A stretch of 63,593 nucleotides of DNA, the filler included, from Octopus bimaculoides (taxonomy: Eukaryota), in assembly GCF_001194135.2 (NCBI RefSeq). It is 5 parts of 5 records of this genome, joined end to end, with 100 filler letters (N's around TTAATTAATTAA, not from the genome) between each part and the next. Parts side by side here need not be neighbours in the genome. Positions count along the whole stretch, not along the records: positions 61,171 to 63,593 come from NC_069000.1; 4 more parts are not named here. One strand, given 5' to 3'. Numbering within the stretch: the first letter of the stretch is position 1; every line of letters begins with the position of its first letter. Shown here one piece after another: positions 62,863 through 63,593 of the stretch. The notes under the pieces were generated by a model that worked only from the letters and a program-made list of their open reading frames with translations, did no database searches and was not told where the DNA came from. Both the position numbers and the translations under genes were made by a program.

Positions 62863-63547
62863 TATGCATGAAGTACTTTTCCTTAAATTTCTATACTCAA
62901 AAGCACACGCACACACATATATATATATTTGTGTATATATGTGTGTGTATATACCTATATGTGTGTATATATGTCTATGTGTGTGTATATATATGTATGT
63001 GTTTACATACAGATATGTCTACGAGCAAATACACAAACATACATACATTCCTGCATACATACATACATACATACATACATACATACATACAATCTGCATG
63101 CTGCGTGACTGTGTGTAAATACATCCTACTTATAATTGCATGTAGAGAAAAAAAAACAGTTGACAAAATGATTTTGAAGAGATTTCTACATCGATATTTT
63201 TAGAATGAAATTATTTCGTTACTTGTCATCACGTGATCTTCAAATTCATGAAAATTAAGTTAACCGAAACCAAACATTTTTTGGTCTCGTACCAGTTTCC
63301 TTTCTCTTTCGCTCTGTCTGATGTATGTTTCTGACAACACACACACACACACACGCACGCACGCACACATGCACACACACACACACATACATACACATTC
63401 GCGCGCACGCAATCGTACACTCACATATATGTCATACATATGTGTTTGCATGCATATATGTATATATGTATGTAAACATATGTATATGTGAATATATGTA
63501 CACGTGCATATATATATATGTGTGTGTGTGTGTTTGTGTGTACATGA

Positions 63548-63593
<46 letters not shown>

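Overview
This is eukaryotic, AT-rich, gap-riddled scaffold DNA with roughly 6.5-7 kb of N. The microsatellite density and the tRNA-derived SINE families suggest octopus or another coleoid cephalopod; that is an inference from pattern recognition, not a database result. Almost all ORFs in the six-frame track are artefacts of microsatellites or N-runs. One host exon is well supported: 51457-51628 (+, AG/GT bounded), encoding the end of the kinase-homology domain of a receptor guanylyl cyclase (NPR/Gyc76C-like). The rest is intron-like or intergenic sequence packed with decayed mobile elements. These include three or more tRNA-SINE families (about 25 copies), mariner/Tc1 relics, a Chapaev3-like transposase, hAT and piggyBac MITEs with intact target-site duplications, CR1 LINE ends, an internally deleted Penelope-like element and at least six fragments of R4/Dong-like retrotransposons. 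Three of the R4/Dong-like fragments sit inside (TAA)n arrays. The most interesting unexplained structures are long fold-back hairpins (28322-28595 and 48271-48463), a cluster of hairpins centred on a perfect 68-bp palindrome (53235-53383), a hammerhead-ribozyme-like core (15919-15952) and a CpG-rich structured island (50890-51190) just upstream of the exon. Four 100-bp N44-TTAATTAATTAA-N44 spacers are artificial assembly joins. I found no prokaryotic genes, CRISPR arrays, rRNA or convincing functional tRNA.
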